Positions 1 through 8,611 of a stretch of DNA of 64,000 nt are shown in pieces (the first letter of the stretch is position 1; every line of letters starts with the position of its first letter). The translations under genes and the position numbers were made by a program. Origin of the DNA: Desulfatiglandales bacterium (GTDB taxonomy: Bacteria; Desulfobacterota; DSM-4660; Desulfatiglandales; Desulfatiglandaceae); assembly GCA_963666345.1 (NCBI GenBank), contig OY762721.1, positions 864,001 through 928,000 of the forward strand, given 5' to 3'. Below the pieces are notes generated by a model. It had not been told where the DNA came from and made no database searches. It saw only the letters and a program-made list of their open reading frames with translations.

Positions 1-11
1 AAGGAGGTTGT

Positions 12-158
12 ATGATGGGAACGTTAAGAGATCAGATGCTGATGGATTTACAGTTGAGCGGGGCCAAACCGACGACACAAGCGGCCTATCTGCGGGAAGT
101 AGGGAACCTGGCAAAATACTTTAGGCGCTCCCCGGCGGAAAAGGACAAGGGGTCATAA
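12..158 (+). pseudogene. Truncated N-terminal (SAM-like) domain of a tyrosine recombinase/integrase, 48 aa
   Basis: RBS AAGGAGG at 1-7, then MMGTLRDQMLMDLQLSGAKPTTQAAYLREVGNLAKYFRRSPAEKDKGS*. Resembles the N-terminus of integrases usually paired with IS91-like transposases; no catalytic domain follows. Confidence 0.7.
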
Positions 159-234
159 GGGGTGGCGCAATCCTTCGGAATCACATGTCGGTTTCATCGG
201 AATAGGCAACAAGAGCAGGCTTGACTCTTTGCGA

Positions 235-870
235 CTATTGTTTACGTTTGAAAAGCCGTGGATTGCCTTTAATGAACGCTTGAATCCACCGTTCAAGGAA
301 TGACCGGTCTCTGGCGGTTTTGACGTAGCCGTACCCCAGCACACTGATTGCCAAGGCTCCAAGAGTATCGACTATTAAGTCCCACATTGTGTCGGTCAAC
401 CCGGAAGGATCACCGAGCATTTCTTTTTGCATGTTCATGCTGAAGAAACTATCCATACTAAATTCAAAGATTTCCCACAAGGCGCCTGTTCCAACAGCAA
501 ACAAAAAGGCAAAAAATGCAACAAAGCCCGGCTTCATGTGTACTTCAATGTCTTCCGTTTCGTTTAATACATGCACCAGTAGAAAACCGATAATCCCGAG
601 TAAAAATCCGGAGCCGGAGTGAAGAGCTATATCCCACCACCAGAAACGAGTATAGTATCCACGGATTTCACCCAGGAACAGCGATGCAAAAACAAATGCA
701 ATCGAAAGCAGTAAAAACACGGGAGGAATAAAGACGTGAAAGAGCTTTCCGAAAAAAAAGGGGCCAAGCGTTACTATGATTATCCCGGTGGTGGTCACAG
801 CTGCAAGCCACTGATGCTCCCACACGGCAACGCCTACCTCAACAACCAGTATTGCCTGGAGGATTACCTG
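235..870 (-). pseudogene. Predicted membrane protein (DUF2238-like), apparently 5'-truncated
   Basis: ORF 235..825 is hydrophobic with WWWDIALH...ALWEIFEF...DTMWDLIVD motifs. The frame stays open and hydrophobic upstream (QVILQAILVVEVGVAVWE) to a TGA near 871 with no ATG or RBS. Confidence 0.55.
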
Positions 871-1193
871 TCAAAATAGCGCCCAGGTTCGCAGGGCCTT
901 CGGTTCTCCACAAATGCAATTGAGCCAACAAGGACATATACTATAACTTCAATCAAAAAAAGCAATAATAAAACGTATTTATACCGGAAAAATGCATTTT
1001 CAACATTTTTGAAAAATATTATCGCAATAATTGATTAAAAGAGGAAAGGCGGTTGATTCTTATAGCGGTTATGCAAGCACAAACAGAGTGAGGCAGAAGG
1101 TTATCAGTCTTATCGTAAGGTGCCTGAAGCCCCTTATACGGCACGGCTAACAGGCCGGCCTTGTTAAACCGGGTGTTTCATGAAGTTCACATC

Positions 1194-1222
1194 TTGACTA
1201 AATTAGCTAAAAAGCCTATTAT
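1194..1222 (+). promoter_or_regulatory. Sigma70-type promoter of the TA operon with palindrome TTAGCTAA
   Basis: TTGACT (1194-1199), 17 bp, TATTAT (1217-1222); TTAGCTAA at 1203-1210 lies in the spacer. Confidence 0.55.
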
Positions 1223-1247
1223 AGCTTAATTTAACAGGGAGATTATT

Positions 1248-1484
1248 ATGCAAATAACCGCCACAGAACTTAAAAACAGACTCGGCCGGTATTTGGATGC
1301 CGCCGAAACATCTCCTGTAATAGTCGAGAAATCAGGGAGAATAAAATCCGTATTAATATCAAATGCCATGTATGAAAAATTCCTTGCCTATGAAGATGCC
1401 TATTGGGCCTCCAAGGCCAAGGCCGCCGAACAAGAGGGGTATTTAGGTGAAAAGGCCTCTGAAGCGCTTCTGGCAGGGAATTGA
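1248..1484 (+). CDS. Phd/YefM-family type II antitoxin
   Basis: MQITATELKNRLGRYLDAAETSPVIVEKSGR matches the Phd/YefM N-terminus; directly upstream of a RelE-like gene. Confidence 0.85.
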   Translation: MQITATELKNRLGRYLDAAETSPVIVEKSGRIKSVLISNAMYEKFLAYEDAYWASKAKAAEQEGYLGEKASEALLAGN

Positions 1485-1486
1485 TA

Positions 1487-1759
1487 ATGCATAAGATTGA
1501 TATTACAAAGGCTGCCGGTAAATTTATCAAAAGATTACCAGCCAAACAATATCGACAAGTAGTCAGTACCATACTTGAACTCAGGAAAGATCCAACGCCT
1601 AATGATTCCAGGCTGCTGGCAGGCTATACAGAATACCATCGTGTTGATATCGGAGAATACAGGATAGTTTATCGTTTTGATGATGATACGGTCTATATCG
1701 CTATTGTCGGCAAAAGAAACGACGATGAAGTTTATAAGCAAAAGTCTTCTCCCAATTAG
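1487..1759 (+). CDS. RelE/ParE-family type II toxin
   Basis: ...YHRVDIGEYRIVYRFDDDTVYIAIVGKRNDDEVYK is a RelE-type C-terminal pattern; the last codons derive from a repeat element. Confidence 0.85.
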   Translation: MHKIDITKAAGKFIKRLPAKQYRQVVSTILELRKDPTPNDSRLLAGYTEYHRVDIGEYRIVYRFDDDTVYIAIVGKRNDDEVYKQKSSPN

Positions 1760-1828
1760 TTGGGAGAAAGGGTCCAAGGACCCAAGGGGTCAAGGATTCA
1801 TTTAGATCAACTCTTTTGGAGATGATCC
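1742..1828. mobile_element. Short (87 bp) empty copy of the TIR/8-mer-array element
   Basis: Left end aagtcttctcccaattagttg, 8-mers ggtccaag-gacccaag-gggtcaag-gattcatt, right end caactcttttggagatgatcc; both ends match those of 52374-52912. Confidence 0.75.
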
Positions 1829-1941
1829 AAAAATACCGGTCTTATCGCACAAAATGCCTGACAACCCTTGCCTCCTCCGCCTCAAGCCCCTTCCCCCTTG
1901 AGTAGTTTCCTCATTTGAAGAAAAAGACAACCAAGAACCAC

Positions 1942-1969
1942 TTGACAAACGTGTCAAAATAGGTACATT
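1942..1969 (+). promoter_or_regulatory. Promoter with palindromic operator for the second (broken) TA module
   Basis: TTGACA-aacg-TGTCAA perfect inverted repeat covering the -35; TACATT at 1964-1969. Confidence 0.55.
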
Positions 1970-1975
1970 AAATCT

Positions 1976-2044
1976 ATGGATAAATTCGAAAAAGTAATGG
2001 AAGTTTACTTTATTCAATCTGATTCCGGCAGGATATATGAATGA
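1976..2044 (+). pseudogene. Remnant (22 aa) of a RelE/Gp49-like toxin
   Basis: MDKFEKVMEVYFIQSDSGRIYE*; resembles the V.F..T.SG start of such toxins. Its stop overlaps the ATG of the downstream HTH gene (ATGA). Confidence 0.45.
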
Positions 2045-2337
2045 ATACCAAGGATATGAAACATAAAAACATAGGCCAAAGCCTTGATGATTTTCTGGAA
2101 GAAGAAGGAATCTTAAAAGAAGTAGAAGAAGTTGCAATTAAGCGGGTCCTTTCTTATCAAATAGAGCAATTGATGAAAGAGCAAGGGCTTACAAAAACAA
2201 CCATGGCTGTCAGGATGAAAACAAGCAGGTCTGCGCTCAATCGATTACTGGACCCGGAAAATGAATCGGTCACACTGCAGACATTAAGGCGGGCCGCAAG
2301 TGTACTAGGCAGGCGAGTGAGCCTAAAGCTGGCTTGA
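2041..2337 (+). CDS. XRE-type HTH antitoxin-like regulator
   Basis: NIGQSLDDFLEEEGILKEVEEVAIKRV...TSRSALNRLLDPENESVTLQTL is typical of HTH antitoxins paired with upstream Gp49/RelE-like toxins. Confidence 0.8.
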   Translation: MNTKDMKHKNIGQSLDDFLEEEGILKEVEEVAIKRVLSYQIEQLMKEQGLTKTTMAVRMKTSRSALNRLLDPENESVTLQTLRRAASVLGRRVSLKLA

Positions 2338-2407
2338 TTAGATATGCAGGCAAAGCGTATGCGACTTTCACCAAACGTTTAATTCTCTATAAGATCCTTG
2401 GGAACCC

Positions 2408-5400
2408 TTATACAGCACGGCTGAAAGGTCTCTGTTTCCCGATCCTGTCAAGAGATCCTATCCATCTGACCGTCATGGTAACGGCGCCTGAGTCCTCCTC
2501 CACCCGTCCCTTTATGAGATAGGAGCGCATAGGCTCAAGCATGTGGCAGAACCTCTTGTAGGTATCAGGGAAAAACAGGGTCTCATAAAGGCCTGTCTGA
2601 TCCTCAAATGAGACGAATTTCATTAGATCCCCGCCTTCCGTGTGGATGGTCTTGCCTGCTATGTAAAGCCCCAGGGTAGTGACATCCTTTCCTATGAAGC
2701 GCCCGAGCTGATCGGCGCGCACGTGCCTGATGCCCCTACAGGCGTCCCTGTAAAGATCAAGCGGGTGCACGGACAGGATGAATCCGAGTGTTTCAGCCTC
2801 ATGCTGAAGTAGCTGCTTCTTTGAATAGGGTCCGGGATCGCATCTTTTCATTTTGGCCTTGGATACCCCCCTTCCCTTTACAGGTACCGTATCAAAGAAA
2901 AGGCTTGTCTGAGAAGGCTCTTTTGAATGAAAAAACTCCATTGCCTCCCACAGAAGAGCTGCCCTTGAAGCCCCCCCTGAAACGGCATCAAGGCAGCCTG
3001 CCTTTATGAGAAGCCTTATATCCTTCAGGTGCACCCTCAGCCCTGTCCTTGAAACAAGGTCTCCTAAAGATAAAAAATCCCCCCTTTTCTCCCTTTCATC
3101 GATAATGACTTCAGAGGCCGCCACGGAAAGATCTTTTATCTGCATGAGCCCGACCCTGATCTTCCTTCCCCTTCCCTTGTACTTTATCCCGCTTCTGTTT
3201 ATATCGGGGGGAAGGACAGCAAGCCCCATCCTCCTTGCCTCTGATATGTACCCGTAGGTGGAGTAATAGCCGCCTCCGTTTGATATGACGGATGCCATGA
3301 ATTCCGCCGGGTAGTGGGCCCTTAAAAAGGCGGACTTGTACGCAACCATTGTATAGCTTGCCGAATGGGGCTTACAGAAGCTGTAGCCGTCAAATCCCAT
3401 CATCATCTGCCATACCTTTTCTATTGTCTCATCCGCCACCCCCTTGCTCCTTGCCCCTTTTAAAAAGCGGTTGTAAAAATCTGCAAGCCTTTTTCCGCGC
3501 GCCTTTTTGCTTACCACCTTTCTCAAGGTGTCCGCCTCTGCCGGATCAAAGCCTGCGAGATGTATGGCTGCAAGGCTCAACTGCTCCTGAAAAACCATTA
3601 CCCCGAGCGTCTCCCTGAGCACGGGTCTTAAAAGGGGGTGTGGCGCGTCCCACGGCTCACCCTTGAGCCTCGATATCCACGCGCGTATGCCGGCGCTTGA
3701 TGCGGGCCTTATGATGGAGGTCACGACCACGTTCATCTGAAAGTGATCCGCATTGAGATATTTCCCAAAGGAAAAGGCAGAGCCCACCTTACAAAGCAGC
3801 TGCCTGGTTGCAGGGCTTTCAAAGTAGAACACACCGAATGTGTCCCCGTTATAAAACATGCGCACGGTCTCTGGGTCATCAACAGGATTGAGTTCAGCGT
3901 ACTCGATCCTTTTGCCGTAGTTTTTCTCAACCATAAAAAGGGCGTCCCGAATGACGGCAAGGCTGCGGTTTCCCAGGATATCTATCTTTACAAGGCCTGC
4001 CGCCTCAACCGATTCCTTTTCCCACTGAAGCACCTGAACCCCTGAGGCCGATATCTCAACCGGGCAGTATCTCCTTATCTCGTCAGGCACCACCACAAAG
4101 CCCCCGCAGTGGGTGGAAAGGTGGTTGAAGCGCCCCTCAAACAGGGCTGCAGCCTCTATTACCTCCTTCCACGGCCCTTTTAGATCAACCCCTTTGAGCC
4201 TCGGGTGACGGGAGATCTCATCTTTTATCTCTTTTAAGCGCATGTTAAACCCGATCCTGCCCGTCACCTTCCCGATCTCGCCTTCGGTCAGGCCGAACAC
4301 CTTTCCCGCCTCTCTTAAGGCACCCCTTGCGGCATATCTGTTATGATTCGCCACCATGGCGGCCCTTCTGTGGCCGTATTTCGAAAAGACGTAATCCAGG
4401 ACCTTTTCCCTTTCATCCCAGGCAAAATCGATATCTATGTCGGGCGGGTCCTTTCTTCCCCGGTTAAGAAACCTTTCAAAGAAAAGATTGTGCCTTATAG
4501 GGTCCACATGGGTTATGCCGAGCGCGTAGGAGACGATGGAGGCTGCGGCGCTTCCCCTTCCGCATGAGCGGGCGGCCTTTGATGTGATATCCGCCACCAC
4601 AAGAAAGTAGTGTGAAAACCCCTTCTCCTTTATGATCGCCATCTCGCGGGCGACCCTTTCTTTTACAGGTACTGTTATTTCGCCGTATCTCTTCCCGCAC
4701 CCTTCAAGGGTCATCCGGTAGAGCCTTTCATATGCCTTTTTATCCGTGTCTTCTTTAAAGCGGGGAAAGATAAGCCGTGAAAAATCCCAGGTTCTAAGGC
4801 AGGCATCAGCCACCTTTACGGTGTTTTCAAGAGCGGCAGGCGCGTGCGGGAACTGATCGCACATCGCAGAAGCCGGTTTCATAAAGCAGGTCTTCCTGCA
4901 TGTGTCATCGTGGGTAAGGCGGGATATCTTGCTGTTTGAGCTGACAGCCCTTAGGATGAGGTGCAGCCTGAAATCCTCTTTCTTTAAGAAATAGACCCTG
5001 TTTGTTGCAAGGGGGGGGATCTTGAACTTCCTTGAAAATGCGTAGCATGCGGCCATCCGGTAGCCGGGTGAGATCTCCACAAACAGGTCGCGGCCGGAGT
5101 CTTTTTTAAGGGCCTTAAGGAGCGTAAAATCATCCGTAAATATGACAAGCCCCCGCCTTTTCTCCCTGATCGCGCGGACAAGGTCAAAATCTGTGCCGCA
5201 TTTCATCTCGGAGATTATCCTGCACAGGTTTTTGTAGCCCTCGACTGTCTTTACAAGGGCTATTGCGCGGTTTTTGCCTGATATGAGTTCCGAGCCCAGA
5301 ACAGGCTCTATCCCCATATCACGGGCGGCCTCTATGAAAAAGACGGCCCCGTAGAGGCAGTTTGTGTCTGTAAGGGCAAGCCTTTTCATGCCAAGAGCGC

Positions 5401-5494
5401 AGGCGGTCCTGCACAGATCCTTTACCCCTGCCGTGCCCCACCCCCTTGAAAAATGCGAGTGCGTGTTAAGATGCACAAAGGGGGGAGCCGGCAT
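2408..5494 (-). CDS. dnaE2: Error-prone DNA polymerase III alpha subunit (DnaE2-like)
   Basis: PHP domain (HLNTHSHFS...ALTDTN), GRGSAAASIVSY, catalytic PPDIDIDF, GLVKIDILG, C-terminal OB fold; lies in an operon with lexA and a Y-family gene. Start could be 5506. Confidence 0.9.
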   Translation of the reverse strand: MPAPPFVHLNTHSHFSRGWGTAGVKDLCRTACALGMKRLALTDTNCLYGAVFFIEAARDMGIEPVLGSELISGKNRAIALVKTVEGYKNLCRIISEMKCGTDFDLVRAIREKRRGLVIFTDDFTLLKALKKDSGRDLFVEISPGYRMAACYAFSRKFKIPPLATNRVYFLKKEDFRLHLILRAVSSNSKISRLTHDDTCRKTCFMKPASAMCDQFPHAPAALENTVKVADACLRTWDFSRLIFPRFKEDTDKKAYERLYRMTLEGCGKRYGEITVPVKERVAREMAIIKEKGFSHYFLVVADITSKAARSCGRGSAAASIVSYALGITHVDPIRHNLFFERFLNRGRKDPPDIDIDFAWDEREKVLDYVFSKYGHRRAAMVANHNRYAARGALREAGKVFGLTEGEIGKVTGRIGFNMRLKEIKDEISRHPRLKGVDLKGPWKEVIEAAALFEGRFNHLSTHCGGFVVVPDEIRRYCPVEISASGVQVLQWEKESVEAAGLVKIDILGNRSLAVIRDALFMVEKNYGKRIEYAELNPVDDPETVRMFYNGDTFGVFYFESPATRQLLCKVGSAFSFGKYLNADHFQMNVVVTSIIRPASSAGIRAWISRLKGEPWDAPHPLLRPVLRETLGVMVFQEQLSLAAIHLAGFDPAEADTLRKVVSKKARGKRLADFYNRFLKGARSKGVADETIEKVWQMMMGFDGYSFCKPHSASYTMVAYKSAFLRAHYPAEFMASVISNGGGYYSTYGYISEARRMGLAVLPPDINRSGIKYKGRGRKIRVGLMQIKDLSVAASEVIIDEREKRGDFLSLGDLVSRTGLRVHLKDIRLLIKAGCLDAVSGGASRAALLWEAMEFFHSKEPSQTSLFFDTVPVKGRGVSKAKMKRCDPGPYSKKQLLQHEAETLGFILSVHPLDLYRDACRGIRHVRADQLGRFIGKDVTTLGLYIAGKTIHTEGGDLMKFVSFEDQTGLYETLFFPDTYKRFCHMLEPMRSYLIKGRVEEDSGAVTMTVRWIGSLDRIGKQRPFSRAV

Positions 5495-6644
5495 GCGCCC
5501 TTCCATAACCTATGGCCTCATCTCCGTAGCGTTCGCGCACGCGGTCAAGCGCGCGCACAAGCGCGTGCCTTTCACCCGTGCCGCCCTGGGAGGAAAAAAG
5601 TGAGAGCTGACCTGATCCGGGCGCAAGATCAAAGAACCACACCCTCATGTACCTTATACGCACGCGCCTTGTGCATGACTTCAAAAAAAGCGCCTCAAGC
5701 GGGGTGAAAAGATCGGCCGCAAAGGGGTCGGTTACTTTAAGGCTTATCCTTTTTGTCTCCTCCATGCCGTCTGAATACCTGATCAAAAGCCCCGCCTTTT
5801 TGGGTACAAGTCCCCTTTTGCGGATCTTAAATGCGCATTTTTCAACAAGGGCAAAAATGATTGAAAGGAGTATTTGATCGTCGTTTTCATCCGCGCTTAG
5901 CACGACCTTTTCACTTACCGAGGGGCTTGAAGGGGCCGGATAGACAGGCCTTGGATCGATCCCGAGCGCCCTTTCATGTATGAGGCGCGCCCTTTTACCG
6001 AAGACCATTCTCATATCCCCCATATCAAGGCAGGCAAGGTCGCGCACAAGCCTTATATTCAGCTCAAGCAGGATGTTTTTGCCTGAAGCCCCGATTCCCG
6101 GGACCACACCCACCCTTAAAGGCGCCATAAAGGATTTTTCCTGTCCATGATCGATGTCCGTTACCCCGCATGAGGCCATCCTTGACGCAATGCTTGATAC
6201 CATCTTGTTTCCCGCCACCCCTGCGGTGCCTGTAAGTGAGAACATGTCCCCGATCTCTTTTCTCAAGGTGCCGGCCGCGTCCCTTGCCGCCCCCCAGAGC
6301 CTGCCTGTGCCTGTAAGATCCATGTAGATGTGCCCGGGCCTTGCCGATTCCCACACGGGCGTGTACCTTGAAACGGTCTTTGAAACGGAGGACGCGGCCT
6401 TTATGGTGAGTGCCGGGTCAGGTGCGATTACCTTGAGGCCCGGACATCGCCTGACTGCCCTTGAAACGGACATACCCTTTAAGACCCCCTCTTTTTTCGC
6501 CTCAGGGGATGCTGAAAGGATAAGGGAGCGGGCAGAACCCGGCTGGGCCGCAGCCACCGGTCTTCCCTTTAGGCCAGGATCGATGCTCCTTGAAACGGCT
6601 ATAAAAAAGGCCGGGATATGAAGGTGGATGATATCTCTTTTCAA
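5466..6644 (-). CDS. imuB: Y-family polymerase-like protein, probably catalytically inactive (ImuB-like)
   Basis: DinB-like layout, but motif I is HLHIPAFF (no Asp) and the SIDE motif is replaced by ARPGH; clamp-binding motif QLSLF near the C-terminus. Confidence 0.8.
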   Translation of the reverse strand: MKRDIIHLHIPAFFIAVSRSIDPGLKGRPVAAAQPGSARSLILSASPEAKKEGVLKGMSVSRAVRRCPGLKVIAPDPALTIKAASSVSKTVSRYTPVWESARPGHIYMDLTGTGRLWGAARDAAGTLRKEIGDMFSLTGTAGVAGNKMVSSIASRMASCGVTDIDHGQEKSFMAPLRVGVVPGIGASGKNILLELNIRLVRDLACLDMGDMRMVFGKRARLIHERALGIDPRPVYPAPSSPSVSEKVVLSADENDDQILLSIIFALVEKCAFKIRKRGLVPKKAGLLIRYSDGMEETKRISLKVTDPFAADLFTPLEALFLKSCTRRVRIRYMRVWFFDLAPGSGQLSLFSSQGGTGERHALVRALDRVRERYGDEAIGYGRAHAGSPLCAS

Positions 6645-6660
6645 GGGTCTTCTCCGGCAT

Positions 6661-7266
6661 CTACCTGTAATACCTTATGACCCCGACCACCCTGCCTTTT
6701 ATGCGAAGATCGCCCGCAGAAACCATTATCGATTCCATGCCCTTGTGGGCGGGCCTTAATTCCACCTGGCCCTTTTTGCGGTAATATTTTTTGACGGTCG
6801 CCTCATTTTCCATCAGGGCCACCACGGTCTGGCCGTTTTCGGCGGTGGGCTGCCTTTTTACCACCACAAAGTCCCCGTCGAGGATTCCGTCATCCTCCAT
6901 GGAATCGCCTGCCACCTGGAGCACGAAGTGATCGCCCCCGGCCGTCATGGAAGGGGGAATCTCGATCGGTCTTTCATCCTCGATCGCCTCAATCGGCCTT
7001 CCCGCAGCCACCTTTCCGAGAAGCGGGACCTCAAAGCGGTTTGTCTCGACAGGGCTTATGACCTCAATTGCCCGCTTTTTGTTCTTTTCGGCGGGAAGCC
7101 TGATATAGCCCTTTCGCTCAAGGATCCTGAGATAGTTTGTGACCGTGTTATAGGAGGCAAAACCGAAGTTTTCCCGTATCTCGTCAAAGCTTGGAGAATG
7201 CCCCCACTGCCTGATGTAGCCTGACAGATATGAAAGAAAGGCCTGCTGCTTTTCCGTGAGCTTCAT
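6661..7266 (-). CDS. lexA: SOS repressor LexA
   Basis: wHTH (SPSFDEI...LERKGYI), VAAG cleavage site, GDSM catalytic Ser, ATVKK catalytic Lys. Confidence 0.95.
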   Translation of the reverse strand: MKLTEKQQAFLSYLSGYIRQWGHSPSFDEIRENFGFASYNTVTNYLRILERKGYIRLPAEKNKKRAIEVISPVETNRFEVPLLGKVAAGRPIEAIEDERPIEIPPSMTAGGDHFVLQVAGDSMEDDGILDGDFVVVKRQPTAENGQTVVALMENEATVKKYYRKKGQVELRPAHKGMESIMVSAGDLRIKGRVVGVIRYYR

Positions 7267-7285
7267 TGTGATTACTCCTGTTTTT

Positions 7286-7533
7286 GGTCCTTCGCCCGAT
7301 TAGTTAAAAGAAAGGGTTCAAGGATTCAAGGATTCGAGGGTTCGAGGGTTCTTTGCTTCGCTCAGTCCCACCCCTCGACAAGCTCGGGGCGGGTTCCCGG
7401 TTTCACAAAAATCGAGAAAATACGATTTCCGCCGAGCATTTAACCCTCCATAATTTTTAAGTATTTCACTTGAATCCTTGACTCCTCGGCCCCTTGACCC
7501 CTTCATTTGTTTCAGATCTTCCGGAAACAATCC
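7286..7533. mobile_element. Degenerate copy of the TIR/8-mer-array element with a four-helix-bundle gene remnant
   Basis: Left end ggtccttcgcccgattagtta; array ggttcaag-gattcaag-gattcgag-ggttcgag; minus-strand peptide ILKNYGGLNARRKSY; inverted array cttgaatc-cttgactc-ctcggccc-cttgaccc; right end cagatcttccggaaacaatcc; flanks ctgttttt/ctgcttcc. Confidence 0.7.
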
Positions 7534-7540
7534 CTGCTTC

Positions 7541-7581
7541 CTTACACATAAATCTATACTGTAAGTTTTTATGAAAGTCAA
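7541..7581 (-). promoter_or_regulatory. Candidate lexA operon promoter overlapped by inverted repeat CTTACA-N13-TGTAAG
   Basis: Minus-strand TTGACT (7581-7576), 17 bp, TATAGA; the palindrome at 7541-7565 covers the -10. Confidence 0.45.
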
Positions 7582-7665
7582 CCCTCTGACGGGGCCTTTG
7601 GATGGATCATGGTGATGAAAAAAAGCGGGGGAATTAAACGAGTAAAGGAGTGAGAAAAACATGAC

Positions 7666-7702
7666 ACCCTGACACGGGCCGGGAGGCTGTCCGTATCAGG
7701 GT
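7666..7702 (-). terminator. Hairpin downstream of the mod operon, probable terminator
   Basis: accctgacacgg...ccgtatcagggt inverted repeat just after the DUF364 stop. Confidence 0.5.
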
Positions 7703-7722
7703 AAAGTCATCCGCAGGTAGTG

Positions 7723-8505
7723 CTAGTGTCCCTTATGGCAGTACTGCGGACACCCGGTAAGATAGGCGATTCCCGATACGGTCACCCCGTAGAAAACAAG
7801 CGGGCGGTCGCGAATGAGGGACCGGTAGGTATTGTTTACCAGCGTGCTTCCGGTGGCAAACACGACATCCCCCCACTCTATTACCTCCTGGGTCTGATCC
7901 ACAGGCTCGATCATTACTCCATACTTCTCCTTGCCCAGGGTGTCAGGGTCCATGTCGGTCACGCGGATTTTGTAGCTCCTGGCAAGGTTGTCCACCATGG
8001 CCGGCTGAAGACCTATAAAGGCTATCTTGGGCACTCCGAACTGCTCCGAGACATATTCCACAAGGTGCTGGGCGCACTCCTCCGGTTCCTCATCCTTGCA
8101 GTGGATGGTGCAGTCCAGGGCCCCTATATATCGAAGAACGGCATTTAGAGTCGAGATAAAAACGGCACGCTCAAAATTATCACCAAGGCCCATCTTCAGC
8201 ACTTCGTCTATGGTCCCCTCGAAATCCCCGGGCATATCGGTGAAGGCCTGGCCCTTGTGGCCGTTGAAATCCGCTTCCACCATAACCTCTCGTCCCTTTA
8301 CAAGGGGGAAATCTTTTCGTTCCGGGTTGCCGATCGATTCCTCAGGTTTGAGAGTGCGGGCGGATATGACATTTACGTGCTGGCCCTCAAGGCAATGCTC
8401 CTTTGCAATAAGGGCGAGTTTTTCCTTGAGCTGCTCATAGGTCAGATCGGCTATCTTAAGGCATCCTTTGTACTTGTCATTCATTTGCTGTTTTCCTCTT
8501 ATCAT
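7723..8505 (-). CDS. DUF364/Rossmann-like domain protein (putative metal-chelation), last gene of the Mo/W operon
   Basis: AIG/SIGNPERKDFPL-type motif, GQAFTDMPG, TIHCKDEEPEECA, ATGSTLVNNT; a family often found next to molybdate transporters. Confidence 0.7.
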   Translation of the reverse strand: MIRGKQQMNDKYKGCLKIADLTYEQLKEKLALIAKEHCLEGQHVNVISARTLKPEESIGNPERKDFPLVKGREVMVEADFNGHKGQAFTDMPGDFEGTIDEVLKMGLGDNFERAVFISTLNAVLRYIGALDCTIHCKDEEPEECAQHLVEYVSEQFGVPKIAFIGLQPAMVDNLARSYKIRVTDMDPDTLGKEKYGVMIEPVDQTQEVIEWGDVVFATGSTLVNNTYRSLIRDRPLVFYGVTVSGIAYLTGCPQYCHKGH

Positions 8506-8611
8506 TCGATTATTTTTTATCTTTCTCTTCTCTATTAAGTCGCACGATTCGTGCCCGGTTCGGCAAATGATTTGACGACAAAAGCCCCGATACCGGTTCC
8601 CGATCCGTTTC

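Noticed and set aside
1060..1170. Integron attC sites (GTTATGC; GGCTAAC...GTTAAAC) near the TA module
   Set aside because: The only paired cores are ~25 bp apart with no L boxes, and the integrase fragment is not recognisably IntI.
7314..7350. 8-bp tandem repeats as a CRISPR array
   Set aside because: Units are adjacent with no unique spacers and no cas genes are present.
7318..7662. 114-aa ORF upstream of lexA as a possible imuA
   Set aside because: It is read-through of the promoter and repeat element; no RecA/SulA-like features.
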